Assembly (NCBI GenBank): GCA_944389965.1
Contig: CALXOI010000001.1
Coordinates: 1-57,175 of the forward strand
Length of the DNA stretch: 57,175 nucleotides
Direction: 5' to 3'
Source: an uncultured Treponema sp.
GTDB lineage: Bacteria > Spirochaetota > Spirochaetia > Treponematales > Treponemataceae
Part shown: in pieces, positions 56,034-57,175 of the stretch
Numbering within the stretch: position 1 is the first letter of the stretch
Layout of the letters: every line of letters starts with the position of its first letter
Position numbers and translations under genes: made by a program
The notes under the pieces: model-generated
What the model saw: only the letters and a program-made list of their open reading frames with translations
What the model was told of the DNA's origin: nothing
Databases searched by the model: none

Positions 56034-56593
56034 ACTTTGTCGGCAATAGGGCGGGCTTCATCTGTGACAGTAGTAGTAGATAAGTACTGTAATAACGCCC
56101 GCAACCTGGGATCTTCTGCCTTTTCAAACGCACTTGTATTATACACTACTTTTATCTGTTCGTCGCCTATTTCCCGCCCGTTCTGTTTCCAAACAGTCCG
56201 GCTTTCGTAGACGGGCAATCCGTCCCCGCACAGGTCAAAGTTGCAGATAAAAATCACATAGGATTTTTTCAGCTGGTCATAGGGATTCCCCCGCAACAGG
56301 GAGTCCACGTCAATGGCGGAGTGGTAGTACCGCATCCGTTTGACCAGGTTTGTCTTGTGCGCCGTCTGCATTTCTATGTTGTAGATTTCATCGTCACCTT
56401 CAAGGTAGACGTCCATTCTGATGCCTTTCGTCTGGGGGAACAGATTCACTTCTTTTTGGGCTTCCAGATACAACACTTTGGTGATTTTTATTCCCATCAG
56501 CATTTCCAGGAACAGTTTGCAGAAGTCCTCGTCTTTCATAATCTGGCTGAACAGATAATCATCGGTTAATGTTAGATCCTTCCATTCTTTCAT
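55703..56593 (-). CDS. Rpn family / PD-(D/E)XK nuclease family putative transposase
   Basis: DYLF, IRMDVY, NIEMQ, KRMRYY, YVIFIC; C-terminal G-x-x-x tetrad repeats and small helical end domain; AGGAGG RBS. Confidence 0.9.
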   Translation of the reverse strand: MKEWKDLTLTDDYLFSQIMKDEDFCKLFLEMLMGIKITKVLYLEAQKEVNLFPQTKGIRMDVYLEGDDEIYNIEMQTAHKTNLVKRMRYYHSAIDVDSLLRGNPYDQLKKSYVIFICNFDLCGDGLPVYESRTVWKQNGREIGDEQIKVVYNTSAFEKAEDPRLRALLQYLSTTTVTDEARPIADKVAAFKRLFPDGRPHMKYELDLYDKWCEGKAEGVKEGIEQGLEKGIEIGENRGLIKGREEGIQQGIQQGRQESMRDIVYAAFEQGLSAEVIASLTHMPVDEVEKLRETSRT

Positions 56594-56666
56594 TGTTGCA
56601 CCTCCTATATAATTATTGCTTTAAAGAGGTGATTTTCGACGGATTCGCAAAAAAAATTGCGATTTT

Positions 56667-56741
56667 TTAAGCCCTCGTACGTGTTGTAATCATTGATGGG
56701 TAGAATAAGAAGCAGAACAATGAGTTGTTTTTCTTACACAT
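56667..56741 (-). CDS. Possible 24-aa small ORF upstream of Rpn
   Basis: AAGGAG-TTAAAACA-ATG; MCKKNNSLFCFLFYPSMITTRTRA*. Confidence 0.35.
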   Translation of the reverse strand: MCKKNNSLFCFLFYPSMITTRTRA

Positions 56742-56810
56742 TGTTTTAACTCCTTGTTTTTATGTAATTCCCCGGTACGGGGGAATTGTATTCCTGTACC
56801 GGGAAAAAGA

Positions 56811-57175
56811 TTACTGGGAAACGACGGTTAACGGTTTAGGAAAGATAAGTGTGCGCAGTGTTTTGTTCACTCGGTTTCCCCTGCCGGACGATGTCCGCAG
56901 GACTAATGAATATTCTGTATCCGGTGTAAGGGTGGATGGCAGGATAAATTCGAGATAGGAAAACGTGTTTTTAAAGAATTTTTCTTCCTCTATGCGGGTC
57001 CAGTCGGTTTCTTCTGCATCGATTGTGCCGTCAGGTTTTTGTGGTGCAAAAAACAGTCCGTTTTTTTCGTCTTCACCGGCTATTTTGAGCCTGCGTCCTG
57101 TAATGCGGACGGGCATTCCATTGGTGACGGTACAGTCGGTTTTGCGGGTAAGCAGGTCTTCTATCTGGTTTATTA
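56811..57175 (-). CDS. DUF4469 (Ig-like domain) protein, 5' end beyond the window
   Basis: Frame open to the window edge (INQIEDLLTRKTDCTVTNGMPVRITGRRLKIAG...GLFF...LEFILP..L...EYSLVLRT). Confidence 0.7.
   Translation of the reverse strand, partial: INQIEDLLTRKTDCTVTNGMPVRITGRRLKIAGEDEKNGLFFAPQKPDGTIDAEETDWTRIEEEKFFKNTFSYLEFILPSTLTPDTEYSLVLRTSSGRGNRVNKTLRTLIFPKPLTVVSQ

Noticed and set aside
55629-56210. 193-aa antisense ORF over rpn with an internal repeat
   Set aside because: Explained by the reverse complement of the rpn tetrad repeats and the 330-bp in-frame direct repeat; no independent support.
55703-56593. Insertion sequence
   Set aside because: No terminal inverted repeats or target duplication around the whole gene, and no DDE or HUH motifs; the Rpn family label does not demonstrate transposition.

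Overview
Chromosomal segment, most likely from an anaerobic Treponema-like spirochete. This is inferred from the fliS/flgN genes, spirochete-style lipoprotein signal peptides and the DUF4469/Rpn pair, and is not confirmed. In order it contains: metF and a stand-alone methionine-synthase activation domain; a sialic-acid-type catabolic cluster (NanA-like lyase, sugar ABC transporter, GntR, YhcH, AGE epimerase) with a perfect 42-bp palindromic operator; an accessory patch with two divergent XRE/outer-membrane-protein modules around a DUF763 gene; ftsK; an hfs-like [FeFe]-hydrogenase operon (sensory PAS hydrogenase, SpoIIE phosphatase, catalytic hydrogenase, two 2Fe-2S proteins); cysE, radA, xth, fliS, ftsH, a MATE transporter, a dGTPase-like HD protein, an 882-aa orphan lipoprotein, and clpS-clpA-aat; a YesMN-type two-component system facing a sugar ABC operon; and a terminal Rpn (PD-(D/E)XK) gene with a partial DUF4469 gene. 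The most notable unexplained signals are (1) an Rpn C-terminal module with its own internal RBS/ATG, bracketed by in-frame 41-bp direct repeats, (2) a promoter-to-terminator ~90-nt structured RNA divergent from the hydrogenase operon, (3) strong over-representation of CCGG in core genes, and (4) a homopolymer frameshift in the signal peptide of a putative outer-membrane protein. No tRNA, rRNA or CRISPR array was recognised. All functional calls come from motif recognition by eye, not database searches.
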